A stretch of 62,177 nucleotides of DNA, the filler included, from Jimgerdemannia flammicorona (lineage: Eukaryota), in the NCBI GenBank assembly GCA_003990765.1. It is 3 parts of 3 records of this genome, joined end to end, with 100 filler letters (N's around TTAATTAATTAA, not from the genome) between each part and the next. Parts side by side here need not be neighbours in the genome. Positions count along the whole stretch, not along the records: positions 1 to 20,661 come from RBNJ01001624.1; 2 more parts are not named here. One strand, 5' to 3'. Shown here in pieces: positions 1 to 12,553 of the stretch (its first letter is position 1; every line of letters begins with the position of its first letter). The notes beneath the pieces are model-generated. The model saw nothing but the letters and a program-made list of their open reading frames with translations, did no database searches and had not been told where the DNA came from. Position numbers and translations under genes: made by a program.

Positions 1-409
1 ATAAATTTTTTTTTTTAGATTTTTTTTTAAAGATAAAATAAAAATTTAAAAACAATAAATTTAATATTTTTAAATATCTCTAATATAAAACTATAATATA
101 TTATAATATAAAATATATTTATTTAGAGTATTTTTATTTAAATAATTAAAATATAAAATTTAATAAAACATTGGTTCAGTTTTGGAACATACTGTACTAC
201 AAAAAGTCTGCCTTTATAAAATCAAGATATATTATATACAATATATTAATGATTGCTATCAATACACTAACAAAATTAAGGAGATCTACTACCAAAGAAG
301 ATAGAAGGCCCTAAAGAAATAGACAAGAGAGAAGAAAGAAGAAAAAAATGAAAAAAAGGATAATGAACCACCAGTCTTTTTAAAAGATAGTAATAATGAA
401 GAAGAAATC

Positions 410-835
410 AAGATCAAGATTCAAAAAATCTACTCTGATATAGTACTATCAGAATATAAGTCTGAGAATGTAGTAGAAATAGATATTGCTATAGTAGAGA
501 AAAATATACTCAAGCCCCAGATAACTACCCTACTTGCAACTAGTCTAGAAATAACTATTCTAAAGAACTATATTAGAATTCTCAAGATAAAAAGCAATCT
601 GGCTAGAAGCAAAATTACTATTGAAGGAGAAGTCATTAATTCATATTATACTATAGAAATACTACTCATTACTAAGAACTATAATTCTACAATTCTATTT
701 TCAATTAAGAAGAAAAACTAATTAGTATAGATATTGATCTTCTTAGTTCTATAGCTAAAGATCATAGAAGTTAAGAATTTAAAGGAAATAAATAGAGAAA
801 AGAAAGGATTCAGATCTACAGAAAGAGGAATTTTC
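410..835 (+). pseudogene. dUTPase domain remnant of element A
   Basis: Decayed dUTPase motifs (KSNLARSKITIEGEVINSYYTIEI, REKKGFRST) colinear with the intact copy at 30460-30864. Confidence 0.75.
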
Positions 836-2718
836 ATCAGTATTAAGATCACCAAACTGGATCACAAGAAGGAGGAAACCATGAATAAGTATAGCTATAC
901 TATCAAGAATAAATTTCTACTCAAGAAGAAACTCAAGAAGATACTCTACAAATTTGAGAATATCCTTGCTATAGACTTCAAGAATATCAAAGAAAAGATA
1001 TCATACTACTTATGATATAGATATAGAGAACACTGAACCAATCTATCAAAAGATAAGACCCATTCTACCAGCTTACTATAAATAACTCAGAGAAGAAATC
1101 AAGCAAATGGAAGAAGTCAGTATTATCAAAGAAGTCAGTAGTTCTTGGGCTTTATCAGTTATACTAGTCTTAAAAAAAGAAAGCAAACCTAGAGAATTCA
1201 CTCCAAGACTCTGTACTGATTATAGAAAGCTCAATCTGATTACTAAAAAGAATTATCAACTACTATTACTCATTAGTAATATCCTTATAACTCTGGGAGA
1301 TAAAGTACAATATTATAGTATCTTAGATTTATATTCAGAATTCTACTAAATCAGTCTTATAGAAATAATAAGTAAAAAGTCAGCCTTCATCACTTCAGAT
1401 AAAATCTATATTTATCTATAAATATTATTCAGAATATACAATATACTAGTAAGCTTCTAGCAAATAATAAATAAAATATTTCACTATGATATAAGAAGAT
1501 AGATGATAATTTATATAGATGATATTATTATCTATAGTAAGATAGTACAAGACTATCTATAGTATATCCAATAGATAATAGAGAAATTGAAAAACTATGA
1601 CTTATATATTAAGCCTAAGAAGTATAAGTTTGTAGAAATTGAGATTTCCTATCTTAACTATATTATTAATTGAGATGGAATATATATAGACCTTCTTAAG
1701 ATTTAAGCAGTAGTAGCATATTTAAGACCTACTACTATTATAAAAGCTCAAATCTTCATAGAACTTACCTCATACTATTGCAGATTTATTAGAGAATTCT
1801 TCAATATTACAGATCCAATCTATGAACTCAACAAGAAGAATATCAAATTTCAGTAGACTGGTAGACAACGGAAAGTATTTAATAAGCTCAAGATTAGGCT
1901 AACTCAAGCACCTATTCTCAGAAAATTAGATTGATCTTAGAAATTTATTCTACAGATAGATATTGTGGCATTGGTTATGTATAATTAACTTCGACTGCAC
2001 GACTCAATGTGTGCCACAGGAGAAGCATACGATGGATAACTGAATGTGTTGGTGACATTCGTGGGTCAATGATCATGTGACAGGTCGTTCGATTCATGCA
2101 GTAATAATAGCGGGAGGTTGTTCGATGATAGTGGCTCAATTGTTTAGTGGATGAGGTCATTTAATTGTTCAATGGCTCAATATCCAGTAGAAAAGGGCAT
2201 TCCTGGTGGCAAACTTGAATTTATGCAGCAATGACGGGCTTGCTCTTTATGTGGTTAATTAAAGTGGTCCATGGCACAGTAGGTCGGGAATCGGTCGACG
2301 GCTCACTTGTCCATCTTGGTTAACTTGAAAGGTTCCTAGTGGTCATTCAGGTCTTTGGCAGCAGTCTTGTCTCCTTTGGCTGGGTAACTTGGGTTCCTTG
2401 GGTCTTTTAGCTGTATTGCCGGGGTCTTGAATCTCGAATAGCGGTCGAATTACACAGTCTGAATGGTGGTCTGAATGCGTGGCGGTCATGGTCTTGAATC
2501 CTTGGGTTTCCGGGTCTCGAATGGCAGTGGTTGGTCTTTGGTGGTCTAGTGCAGCTTTCCTTAGTGGCAGGTCTTGAACGTTTTCTTTCTGTGGCAAGAG
2601 AAAATTCTTTAACTCAAACTTCTGAGCGATCTGTTGCTCTAGGTTGTTATCTTGTTCTCAGAATTTATCTGGTCTCTTGGAGGCAGTGTGTTTTCTCTGT
2701 AAAACTGTCTGGCTGAGG

Positions 2719-2752
2719 TTTATTCACTCTAAGAATATGGGTTATTTATACA
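2719..2752 (-). promoter_or_regulatory. LTR TATA box plus polyadenylation signal
   Basis: Minus strand reads TGTATAAATA-N16-TGAATAAA; same layout in the LTRs at 27998-28032 and 40773-40807. Confidence 0.6.
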
Positions 2753-2859
2753 AGTTTGCTAGCTAGGGGGGGGAGGCACAACTAAGGCTAAGGTATACTA
2801 CGTTGTGGCGAACTTCGCTATGCTATTGGCTTGCATGATGCAAGGTGCAGGCTATTGTT

Positions 2860-3130
2860 TACTACAGATTGGGTTATAGGGGATAGCAATGCTGAAAACG
2901 GGTGTGACAATTGTTTGCGCTGAATAGGGATAAGATGAGTACTAGTGCTGGATATGGATGTTGTGGGTGGTAACACTGGATTCAGACTTGCTGACATGAT
3001 ACGATGATTGTTGCCAGAAACGGTTGTGGAGGGTAGTAATGCTGAAAACGGACTTGCTGACAAAAATGCTGAAAACAGTGGCACTGGATAGTAACACCAG
3101 ATTTGGACTTGCTGACTTGCTGACATGAAG
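2860..3130 (-). repeat. Degenerate short direct repeats in LTR U3 upstream of the TATA box
   Basis: Recurrent GACTTGCTGACA and AATGCTGAAAAC motifs on the + strand. Confidence 0.6.
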
Positions 3131-3206
3131 GCTGCACAATTCTCACAGCTGACAGGTGGTACTTCTAGAGGGAATAGTAGTACCCTTCGTCCACGGTGGG
3201 CAAATC

Positions 3207-4154
3207 TTACTGGGTTGTGATTTCTTCTTCATCATGTCTCTCCTCAAAGGGGGGGAGTGCTGGCCAAGAGGTGAGGGGGTAGAAAAGTGGCCAGTCATCT
3301 TCAATAATATTCTCCAACCCTTGAACAGCTTGAATGCGGACAGAGGACTGGTAGACTCTCTGTTGCTCCTCTTCTTCTTCTGAAAACTCATCAGTTTCAG
3401 TGTCAGAGGGAGTTTCTTCAGGGGCAGGGTCTTGGGGTTCTTGGACTTCCTCTTTAAAGACAGGGATCTCTTGGGCTTCTTCTTGATTCAGTTCCCAAAT
3501 GATGAGATGTGAATTGTGGCTGACAGGGTGGTGGGTGGTTGGGGTAGCTCCAACGGGTGCTTCTATGGTAATGGGCGGTTCTTCAAATATCTCCATAAGA
3601 CTCATTAGGTGATCTTGATGGTTGTCTTAGAGTGGGGTGGTGTGGAAACCTGGTTGAGTAGGTTCGGTTTGTTGGCTTCCTACAGCAACGTGGTTGCTGC
3701 CAGTAGAGTTGGCTACTTCAGATTCTATCCAGTCAGCATCTTCAGTTGTAAGGCAGGAGAGGCTGCCAGCTGTTACTCCTTGCAGGTGTGCTATAGCCCA
3801 GAGAATATGGCGGAAGATTTGATGGACACGGAGGGCTCTCTTGATTAGCCAGCTGGTGGTTAACATTTTGGCAATGAGGTCTTCTCGGTCATCTTCTTGA
3901 GTCTCTTTGTGAAGGCGGTGTCCGATTTCGTAGTCATGCCAGAGGGTCATTTGTTCAGTAGTGTCTTTGAGCTGTTGGGTCATTATATACTGATAGTTGA
4001 TGAAGTGTCCAAGGTCCTCAGTGTAGAAGTTCAAGTGTTCAGAAGTACCTGGGCGCCAGATGGCCTTCTTGGTAGCTTCAAAGATCAGGGTCTTTGGGCC
4101 AGGCAAAGGGATAGAGTGGCGGGAGGTCTGGTTGGATCGGCAAATGGGAGGCAT
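3207..4154 (-). pseudogene. LTR-encoded accessory protein (about 315 codons, one internal stop at 3627-3629), unknown function, acidic C-terminus
   Basis: ORFs 3627..4268 and 3207..3605 are in the same frame. Probable start MPPICRSNQTSR. Homologous to the ORFs at 26931-27773, 54508-55329 and 6001-6360. Confidence 0.75.
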
Positions 4155-4740
4155 TGTATAGTGAGTACTTGGTTCTTTGGTGCTGATCCCTGAGGTGGAG
4201 TATGGTTCCTTAAATAACATGGTCTTCATTTTGGCTCGGATCATCTTGTCTTCTTTTGGGGTGATCACCTAATGGGTCAGGCTGTCTATTTGATTGTCAT
4301 GCCATTATGTCGTCTGATCTTAGCAGTCACCGGTACTCCATTGTCAATTGCATACGTCACAATATATATAAGTGCATAAGGACTAAAAGCAGTTCTGATC
4401 TAAAAAAAAGACAAAGTAGAGTATATTATTATATATCTCAGCTGAGAAACCTGAGGAGCTAAAAAAGAATATAAATTATATAAGTTGGAGTATTTTGCAA
4501 TTATCTGAGTTATAGAAAAGTTCTACTACTATCTTATCAGAAGATACTTTATCATTCAGACAGACTATTTAGCTCTTACTTAGTTACTAACTATTGGATA
4601 ATTTAAAGAAATCTATATTAGATAAATTATGAAGTTATAACTCTATAATATAACTATCATGCACTACTCTGAAAGAACCAATGCTAATATAGATATCCTC
4701 TCATAGATATTCTGAAAGACTCTCAACCAGTAAACTAATT

Positions 4741-5915
4741 ATGAATAAGAAGCTCTACTATAGAATTATTACCTACCTGAGACAGCAAAAGATATCCCAA
4801 CATCTGAAAGAATAAATATAAATAATTATAAATAGAATATGAAACTGATAGAGAAATATTAAAAAAAGAAAACTACTAAATATAAGAAAGAGTAAGCAAT
4901 GAAATCAGTATATAAACTTAGCCATCTGAGAGGAACAAATATATATAATAAAGTAAAAAGAATAATATAGTAGTCAGAAATAGAGAAAGATATCAGATAA
5001 TTTATCAAGATCTGTAACAAATATCAGAAATATAAATAAGACTAAAAAATCAGACCCCAGAATCAGTATATATAGAATTAGTATTCTTTATATATTGTGC
5101 AATAGATATAATTAGTTCTCTACTTTTGACTTTAACTAATAACTAATATATATATTATTATTATTATAGACCTTTTTACAAAATAGATAGAAATAAGATC
5201 TCTTAAGAAAGTCAATATATAGTTAATTACTGATTTATTTTACAAAGAAATTATCTATCAATTCAAGACCCAAATATAAGTAACTATAGATAGAGAAATA
5301 GAATTTGTAAACCAGTTCTTTGAGGTTCTTTATAAGAAATATAAGATCTAGTACATTTAGACTATAGCTTATTACTCTCAAAGAAATAGATAAGCAGAGA
5401 ACTAACAAGATCCTCAAGAATGTTATCACTAAGATCTGTAATAACTATGAAAACTGAAATCACTATCTGCTAATAGTATTATCTATTCTTCAAGATATCT
5501 GATTACAAAGTACCTATTTTACTCTTCAAGAAATACTATTTAGAAAAGAAAGTTCTTTAGAAACTCTATTATTCAATAGAAATAATATATGAAAATATAT
5601 AGATATAGATATGTATATAAAAACTATACCAAATTAAAAGAAGACCAAAGATTATATAACTAAGGTGCAGACTCTACAATAGAATAATACAGAGAAGATT
5701 TATAAGCTCTTAGAAATTATTAAGATAAGAGAGAAAATTCTGATATATTAGAATATAGTAGAAGCTTCATAGTTATAAAAACTGAAGTCTAATTGAGAAA
5801 AATCTTACTTTATATAGGATATATATAAAAGGAACTATCTTTTGGCTATAAAAACTCTTAGGTATAATTATCTCTACTACTATCTATTGAAACTGACTTA
5901 AGAAGTATATATCAT
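4741..5915 (+). pseudogene. Integrase ORF of element A (own ATG, MNKKL...)
   Basis: ATG 28 nt after the first base of the RNase H stop (TGA 4713). Decayed HHCC region and core (IDLFTK.IE, YYSQ), C-terminal LKKY. Confidence 0.75.
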
Positions 5916-6000
5916 AATCAACTAATGAAGTAATATCATAACTTTCAAGATTATTAGTACTATATAATAAGTCATAGAAAGACAGTGATATTCTACTGAG

Positions 6001-6360
6001 CTACCAACTATAGAAGAATTCTTTGACAGTATTCAAAGTATAATATATATACACTTGTTATAAATTTTATATTTCAAGACCTATCAGAATTAAACTGAGT
6101 TCTAGAAATACTTCAAGTTAAGACAGCTACTAAACTTAAAGCTAGAAATAGAAAAAGAAGATTAGATTAGAGAGTGTCAGCTCTTCTATACTCAAATTAT
6201 CATCATTAAGAGAGTATATAAGTTATTTAAGAAAGATGAGCCAGCTTTTGCTCATTTCCGAAGAGTAGCTCTAGGAGACTTTAGATATATTAGAAGATAA
6301 TATTAGAAGAATATAATAATATAAATTATACAATATAAAGAGATTTAACTGATTAAGGTC
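6001..6360 (+). pseudogene. Accessory ORF remnant between integrase and PPT, homologous to the LTR-encoded proteins
   Basis: The frame from 6001 reads EF*KYFKLRQLL...IKRVYKLFKKDEPAFAHFRRVALGDFR. It aligns almost gap-free with IWQKYEIGNLL...KKIHQIFRHVSWSIPNLEYVRISDFR. Confidence 0.6.
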
Positions 6361-6416
6361 TAGAAGTTTAAGTGAATAGAATGTTTCAGAGATAAATTAT
6401 CTATTTAGGAGGAAGT

Positions 6417-7030
6417 TGTAATAGTTGATCTGAATTAGAAATATAAATTAGAGAAATAGATATTTGATTATATTATCTAAATTCAATTCTCAAATATAGT
6501 ATAGTCTTATAAATAGTAGTTATTTTACAAATATAGAAACTTTAACAATTGTTAAAGATTCTATAGATATTGAAATTCTTATAATTATCAAAATCTTAAT
6601 AAATATCAAAAGGTTCAATACTTGTAAAAAGTGACTCATAGGAAATATAGTTATAACTTAGCCACTTTATAGCTAGTAAACTATATAAATATTTCAGTAT
6701 TTAGAGTAAATAAATCTCAGATTAAAATAGTTCAAAGCAAAGAAAAAGCAAGAGAACTAGTAAACCTACAGACAGATATACTTTGAATCATATTCTTATA
6801 CTCTGAGAACTCTGTGAGAGTCAGAATAAGATCAAGTTTCAAGATATAAAAATCTGCTATACTTCTGAGATTAGGGATCTGCTATATTATATTATATATT
6901 CTAAACTAAATATAGATAATTATAAACTAAATAGTTATATAATACTATTATACTATATAATTAGAAATAATACTTTAAGTATTATATATTCAAGAACTAT
7001 AATAGTCAAAGAGCTACTAAAGTACTATTA
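6417..7030 (+). repeat. 3' LTR of element A (end approximate)
   Basis: Starts TGTAAT after the polypurine tract; TATATAAATA..AATAAA near 6680-6715. Confidence 0.6.
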
Positions 7031-7830
7031 TGATCTTTTCTTTAAGACTTAAAGAATTTAATAAAACAATTTTCAGATATTTGCAAAAATAATAAGCTTA
7101 TAATATATATCCCTTTAACTGTTTTGTATCTATATTTAGAGGCAAGATTTTAAAAGTTTATAACTTTTAAAATCATAATAGCTTTTAAAAAAAAAATTAT
7201 CAATAATTTTTTATATAATAATTCTACCTTTGGTAAAAATTTTATGGAAAAAAAAAAAAATTGTTTTTAAACAAATTGAGATATATTTTTAACAGAAAAA
7301 CAATGTTTCAAAAAATCATTTTTTTCAAACTTTAATTTGTCTGCTATGTAAATGATTTTAAAAGATGATCTTATCTACAGTCAAAGAGATATCTTCTTTT
7401 TATCAATTATATAAAATTTATATATAGATATCTCAGAGATGTAAAATCTATACTATAATTATTATATTTAATATAGAAACTATATAAGCTAGGTTTTGAA
7501 GTCCAAATCTAATCAGCTTTAAGATTTTATATAGATATATTCAACAAACTTACCTGTGGGTCATTCTTTTCATTTTACTTTATTTCTGATAGTTCTATAT
7601 ATATATAAGTTATGTATGTATATTAAGTCTATATGACTGCTGTAATTTTAAATTATAGTTTTTATATAATATTAATGATTATAGATAGTGGGCACTATAA
7701 CAATATGTACACAACCTTTGATCTGGGCACAAGATAAATTACTGCATTACATTATGTAATAAGCTACTACACATGGATTGGATACATTTTCTTCCATCCA
7801 CCCAATCTGAATCTGAACTGACTCTTAATC

Positions 7831-8785
7831 ATGAACGCTGATAAACTCCAAACGTTTAAACAACTCTTTGCGAAAGGCATCGTCGCCAAAGAGCGAGCTT
7901 TGGTGATACAAGTCAACCAACTCAACTTTCTGAGCAACAACGAGCAACTACGCTTCCATCTGGCAAGGTTGGGTGTGCCTGAGCTCCTCAACCTACACAC
8001 GGGGATTGTCGAGTGGCCGACCGGCTTTGCCTTTCCGACCACTCATACGATTCGACGTAAAGAAACCATCGTTAGATGGAAATATGCATTGAAATTGATT
8101 AATATTAGTATGGCCCACGAGATGAGCTGACGGCAAAATCCTAGCTTTTCTCCCCAATATCCATACCTACATTGTATCTCATCATTGGTCCCGAACCTTT
8201 TTATTTGTCGGTATAGCTGATGGTGGCAACGCACATCTCATATCATACACAAACATACATTGACAATGCTATTACAATGCCTGTGCTCGGACTCTCTCCT
8301 TGTCATGGAGTGCGCGAATGGGAATGTTGAACAAGAACCACTTAATTTCTCGAACTGGACAGAAATCATGACTGCAACCTGGTATATACGAAGCATCATG
8401 GTTTTGCATAAACTAGGGCGACCTTCACCCAGGAAACATTGTCACAAGGGGGAGGTGGCGTCAGCTACGCATCATTGACGTCGGACTCAACGGCGCCACA
8501 CGGCTCGGATGGTGACTACGGCCAGCTTGCACGCGCTCAAATAAATGCTCACTCATGTGTCGGCTTCGAATCGGCGAAGTCGTGCATCGAATATATCGGG
8601 AAGTTGCATGGCGTTGATCTCATCCTTATCACATGCTCAAGTTAAGGCTCACTCGCCATATTTTCATTTTAGCCGGCGAGATTTAGCAGTGTATCGAATG
8701 TGTTGGCTTCGACTCGGCGAAGTTGTGTATCGAATATATCGGCTTCGATTCGACGTTCTTTGACCGCCGCCCTGTCTTTATGAAG
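7831..8785 (+). pseudogene. Protein kinase pseudogene, tandem copy 1 (multiple internal deletions)
   Basis: MNADKLQTFKQLF start is shared with copies 2 and 3. It lacks the Gly-loop segment, the splice donor and most of the C-lobe. Confidence 0.85.
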
Positions 8786-9122
8786 TTGGCTTACATACAC
8801 AAAAAAAAATCCCCCCGTACAATAAATGCTGTTTAACTATTAGGGTATTCCGTCAGAATAAAAATAGATAGGACATTTGCCGGGTCTAGACCGTCCAGCA
8901 TTCATTGCACTGTCCAGTATTATGTAGGACTCTCAACTTTCGGATGATTCGTCATACAGGGTGTCCCTTATAAAGCATATTTATTCCGGCCTGCTGAGCT
9001 GCCCTGGTTCAAACCTGGGCATAAGATAAATTATTGCATTACATAATGTAATAAGCTACCATGCATGGGTCAGATATATATTCTCCTTTCCACTCAATCT
9101 GAATCTGAACCAACTCTTAATT

Positions 9123-9866
9123 ATGAACGCCGACAAACTCCAAACGTTTAAACAACTCTTTGTGAAAGGTGTCGTCGTCCCAGGTCGTGATTTTAACGAT
9201 ACAAGCCAACAAACTCAACTTTCCGAGCAATGATGAGCAGCTGCGTCTCCACCTGGCAAGGTTGGATGTGTCCGAGCTCCTCGAGTACCTTGTGTGGATA
9301 CCGATTGAAAGATTCAATGGCAACTTGAAGGTATTGGGGAAGGGCGGATACTCGACCGTATACACGGGGATCGTCGAGTGGCCGACCGGCTTTGCCTTTC
9401 CAACCATTCATACCATTCGACGTGAGGAAACCATCGTTAGACGAAAATATGCATTGAAGGTAATTGATATCAGTATGGCCCACGAGGTAAGCAGACTGCA
9501 AGATCCTAGCTTTTCTCTCTAACATTGATACCTACATTGTATTTCATCATTGATCCCGAACCATTCTACTTACCGGTATAGGTGATGGTGGCAACGCATA
9601 TCTCATATCATGACCAAAGACATATTGTCACAATGCCTGTGATCGGGCTCTCTCCCGACCCCGACCCTACCTCGAACAACTATCTCCTCGTCATGGAGTG
9701 CGCGAATGGAAATGTTGAACAAGAACCGCTTAATTTCTCGACCTGGACAGAAACCATGATTGCAGCAATCGAACTGGTACGAAGCATCATGGTTTTGCAT
9801 AAACTAGGCGTCATCCATGGGGACCTTCATCCAGGAAACCTTGTCACAAGAGGAAAATGGCGCCAC

Positions 9867-9903
<37 letters not shown>

Positions 9904-10727
9904 AAATGGCGCCAGCTACGCATCATCGACGTCGGACTCAGTGGCGCCATCAACATGCTACACGGCTCACATGGTGTCTACGGCCGGCTTGCGTATCTTC
10001 CGCCTGAAGTCTTCAATGGTGCACCTTATACACAAGCCTCGGATATTTACTGTCTCGGCACTCTGCTATGGCAGCTCGTAACCGGTGTTCCTCCACGGGG
10101 TATCGCCAGTTCAAATAATTGTCTGCGAGAAGAAATGATACCGCACATGCCAACGGCGCTTAAACGGGCATTACAGAATTGTTGGAAAGTTGACCCGGAC
10201 AGCCGACCTTCAGCTACCATTCTATTTGAATCCCTCATGCCATGTCTTGGAACAGCTCCCGGGGAAACAATTATGTACATTGGGAGTGATCATGATACTA
10301 CGTTACCTGTGATACCTTTGTCTTGCAAGACAAGGTCCTTCATAAATGAGAGACGTAAATTGCATTTTGCTCAATCTAAGGCTTCAAGCACAAACACATC
10401 TTTTGTCTTTGGCGAAGCATCTACTACGAGTAGTGAATTTTACACGTATGCCTCTCTCAGGAATCTAAGTCTTTTGGGAGCCGCAGAGGACAATAAGTAT
10501 GTTTTCGCACATATGCATGATGTTCATCTCATACTCACACTTCCTTATTACGCGCTCAAATCAATGCTCACTCGTCATGTCTTCATTTTTACCGAAACAC
10601 TTCAGTAGTGTATCAAATGTGTCGGCTTCGAATCGGCGTAGTCGCGTCTCGAATATATCGGCGAAGTCGTGTATCCAATATATCGGCTTCGATTCGGCGT
10701 TCTTTGGCCGCCGCCCTATCTTTGTAA
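9123..10727 (+). pseudogene. Protein kinase pseudogene, tandem copy 2
   Basis: Extra T near 9191 relative to copy 3. A 49-bp poly(A)/TSD insertion at 9866-9914. Frameshifting deletion in the last exon. Introns 9487-9581 and about 10497-10605. Motifs GKGGYSTVY, YALK, HGDLHPGN, DVG, YLPPE. Confidence 0.85.
9866..9898 (+). mobile_element. Ultra-short LINE 3'-end insertion (CTAT + poly(A)) with a 16-18 bp target-site duplication
   Basis: GAGGAAAATGGCGCCA at 9850-9865 and 9899-9914 flanks CTAT(A)29. CTAT(A)n matches the LINE 3' ends near 31405 (minus), 60828 and 61568. Confidence 0.85.
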
Positions 10728-10998
10728 AAAAAACCTCGTACAATAATTGCTGTTTAACTATTAGGGTATTCCGTCAGAATAAAAATAGATAGGACATTTG
10801 CCGGGTCTAGACCGTCCAGCATTCATTGCACTATCCAATATTATCAACTTTTCATACAGGGTGTCCCTTATAAACATTATTCCGAAATTAGTCACGGCCA
10901 ATTGGTTCAAACCTGGGCATAATGTAATAAGCTACCATGCATGGGTCAGATACATATTCTCCTTTCCACTCAATCTGAATCTGAACCAACTCTTAATT

Positions 10999-12553
10999 AT
11001 GAACGCCGACAAACTCCAAACGTTTAAACAACTCTTTGTGAAAGGTGTCGTCGTCCCAGGTCGTGATTTAACGATACAAGCCAACAAACTCAACTTTCCG
11101 AGCAATGATGAGCAGCTGCGTCTCCACCTAGCAAGGTTGGATGTGTCCGAGCTCCTCGAGTACCTTGTGTGGATACCGATTGAAAGATTCAATGGCAACT
11201 TGAAGGTATTGGGGAAGGGCGGATACTCGACCGTATACACGGGGATCGTCGAGTGGCCGACCGGCTTTGCCTTTCCAACCATTCATACCATTCGACGTGA
11301 GGAAACCATCGTTAGACGAAAATATGCATTGAAGGTCATTGATATCAGTATGGCCCACGAGGTAAGCAGACTGCAAGATCCTAGCTTTTCTCTCCAACAT
11401 TCATACCTACATTGTATCTCATCATTGATCCCGAACCATTCTACTTGCCGGTATAGGTGATGGTGGCAACACATATCTCATATCATGGCCAAAGATATAC
11501 TGTCACAATGCCTGTGATCGGGCTCTCTCCCGACCCCGACCCTACCTCGAACAACTATCTCCTTGTCATGGAGTGCGCGAATGGAAATGTTGAACAAGAA
11601 CCGCTTAATTTCTCAAACTCGGGAGAAATCATGTCTGCTGCTCACGAGCTGGCGCGAGGCGTCGCAGTTTTACATAAACTAGGTGTCATCCATGGCGACC
11701 TTCATCCAGGCAACGTTGTCACAAAAGGAAAATGGCGCCAGCTACGCGTCATCGACGTCGGACTCAGCGGTGCTATCAACATAATGCACAATTCGGAGGG
11801 TGTCTACGGCCGGCTTGCATACCTTCCGCCGGAAGTCTTCAACGGCGCACCTTATACACAAGCCTCTGATATTTACTGTCTTGGCACTCTGCTGTGGCAG
11901 CTTGTGGCTGGTGTGCCTCCACGAGGTATCGCAAGTTCAAATAATTGTCTGCGAGAAGAGATGATACCGCAGCTACCAGTGACGCTTGAACGATTGATAC
12001 GCGATTGTTGGAAAGTTGACCCAGACAAGCGACCTTCCGCTAGCTTTATATACCAAACCCTGATGCGATGGCTTGGAAATACTGACGTAGACGAATATCC
12101 TCGGCCTTTTTTAGAATATGCTGGAAGACCTTTGTCCCCCGAGACAAGAGCCTTCATAAATGGGAGGCGTCAATTGCATTTTGCTCAATCCAAGACTTCG
12201 AGTGCAAATACCTCTTTTGTCTTTGGCGAAGCATCTATTTCGAGCAGTGAGTTTCACACGTATGCCTCTCTCAGGAATCTAAGTCTTTTGGGAGCCGCAG
12301 AGGACAATAAGTATGTTTTCGCACATATGCGTGATGTTCATCTCGTACTCAAACTTCCTTAATACGCGCTCAAATCAATGCTCACTCGTCATATCTTCAT
12401 TTTTACCGGAAATACTTCAGTAGTGTATCAAATGTGTCAGCTTCGAATCGGCGTAGTCATATCTCGAATATATCGGCTTCAACTCGGCGAAGTCGTGTAT
12501 CCAATATATCGGCTTCGATTCGGCGTTCTTTGGCCGCCGCCCTGTCTTTGTGA
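10999..12553 (+). CDS. Ser/Thr or TKL-like protein kinase, non-RD; join(10999..11361,11457..12310,12421..12553), 449 aa
   Basis: LGKGGYSTVY, YALK, HGDLHPGN, IDVGLS, YLPPE, SDIYCLG, CWKVDPDKRP. GT-AG introns give an open frame to TGA at 12551-12553. Confidence 0.85.

Larger units (their letters stand above)
1964..4361 (-). mobile_element. 2.4-kb solo LTR (or non-autonomous LTR element) carrying an internal ORF, inserted in the RNase H of element A
   Basis: Termini TGTGGCA...CGTCACA (TG..CA). ATAT flanks at 1960-1963 and 4362-4365 (length ambiguous in an (AT)n context). Host RNase H resumes after it. Higher GC than the host. TGTATAAATA..TGAATAAA on the minus strand at 2752-2719. Confidence 0.85.
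150..7030 (+). mobile_element. Heavily decayed Ty3/Gypsy LTR retrotransposon (element A): Cys domain, dUTPase, RT, RNase H, integrase, accessory ORF, 3' LTR; interrupted by a solo LTR at 1964-4361
   Basis: RT motifs SSSWALSVILVLKK, RLCTDYRKLN and YIDD (1512-1523). RNase H ILQ.D..GL.AVL is split by the insertion. Integrase remnants at 4741-5915. PPT AGGAGGAAG is followed by TGTAAT at 6417. Many stop codons; both ends approximate. Confidence 0.9.
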
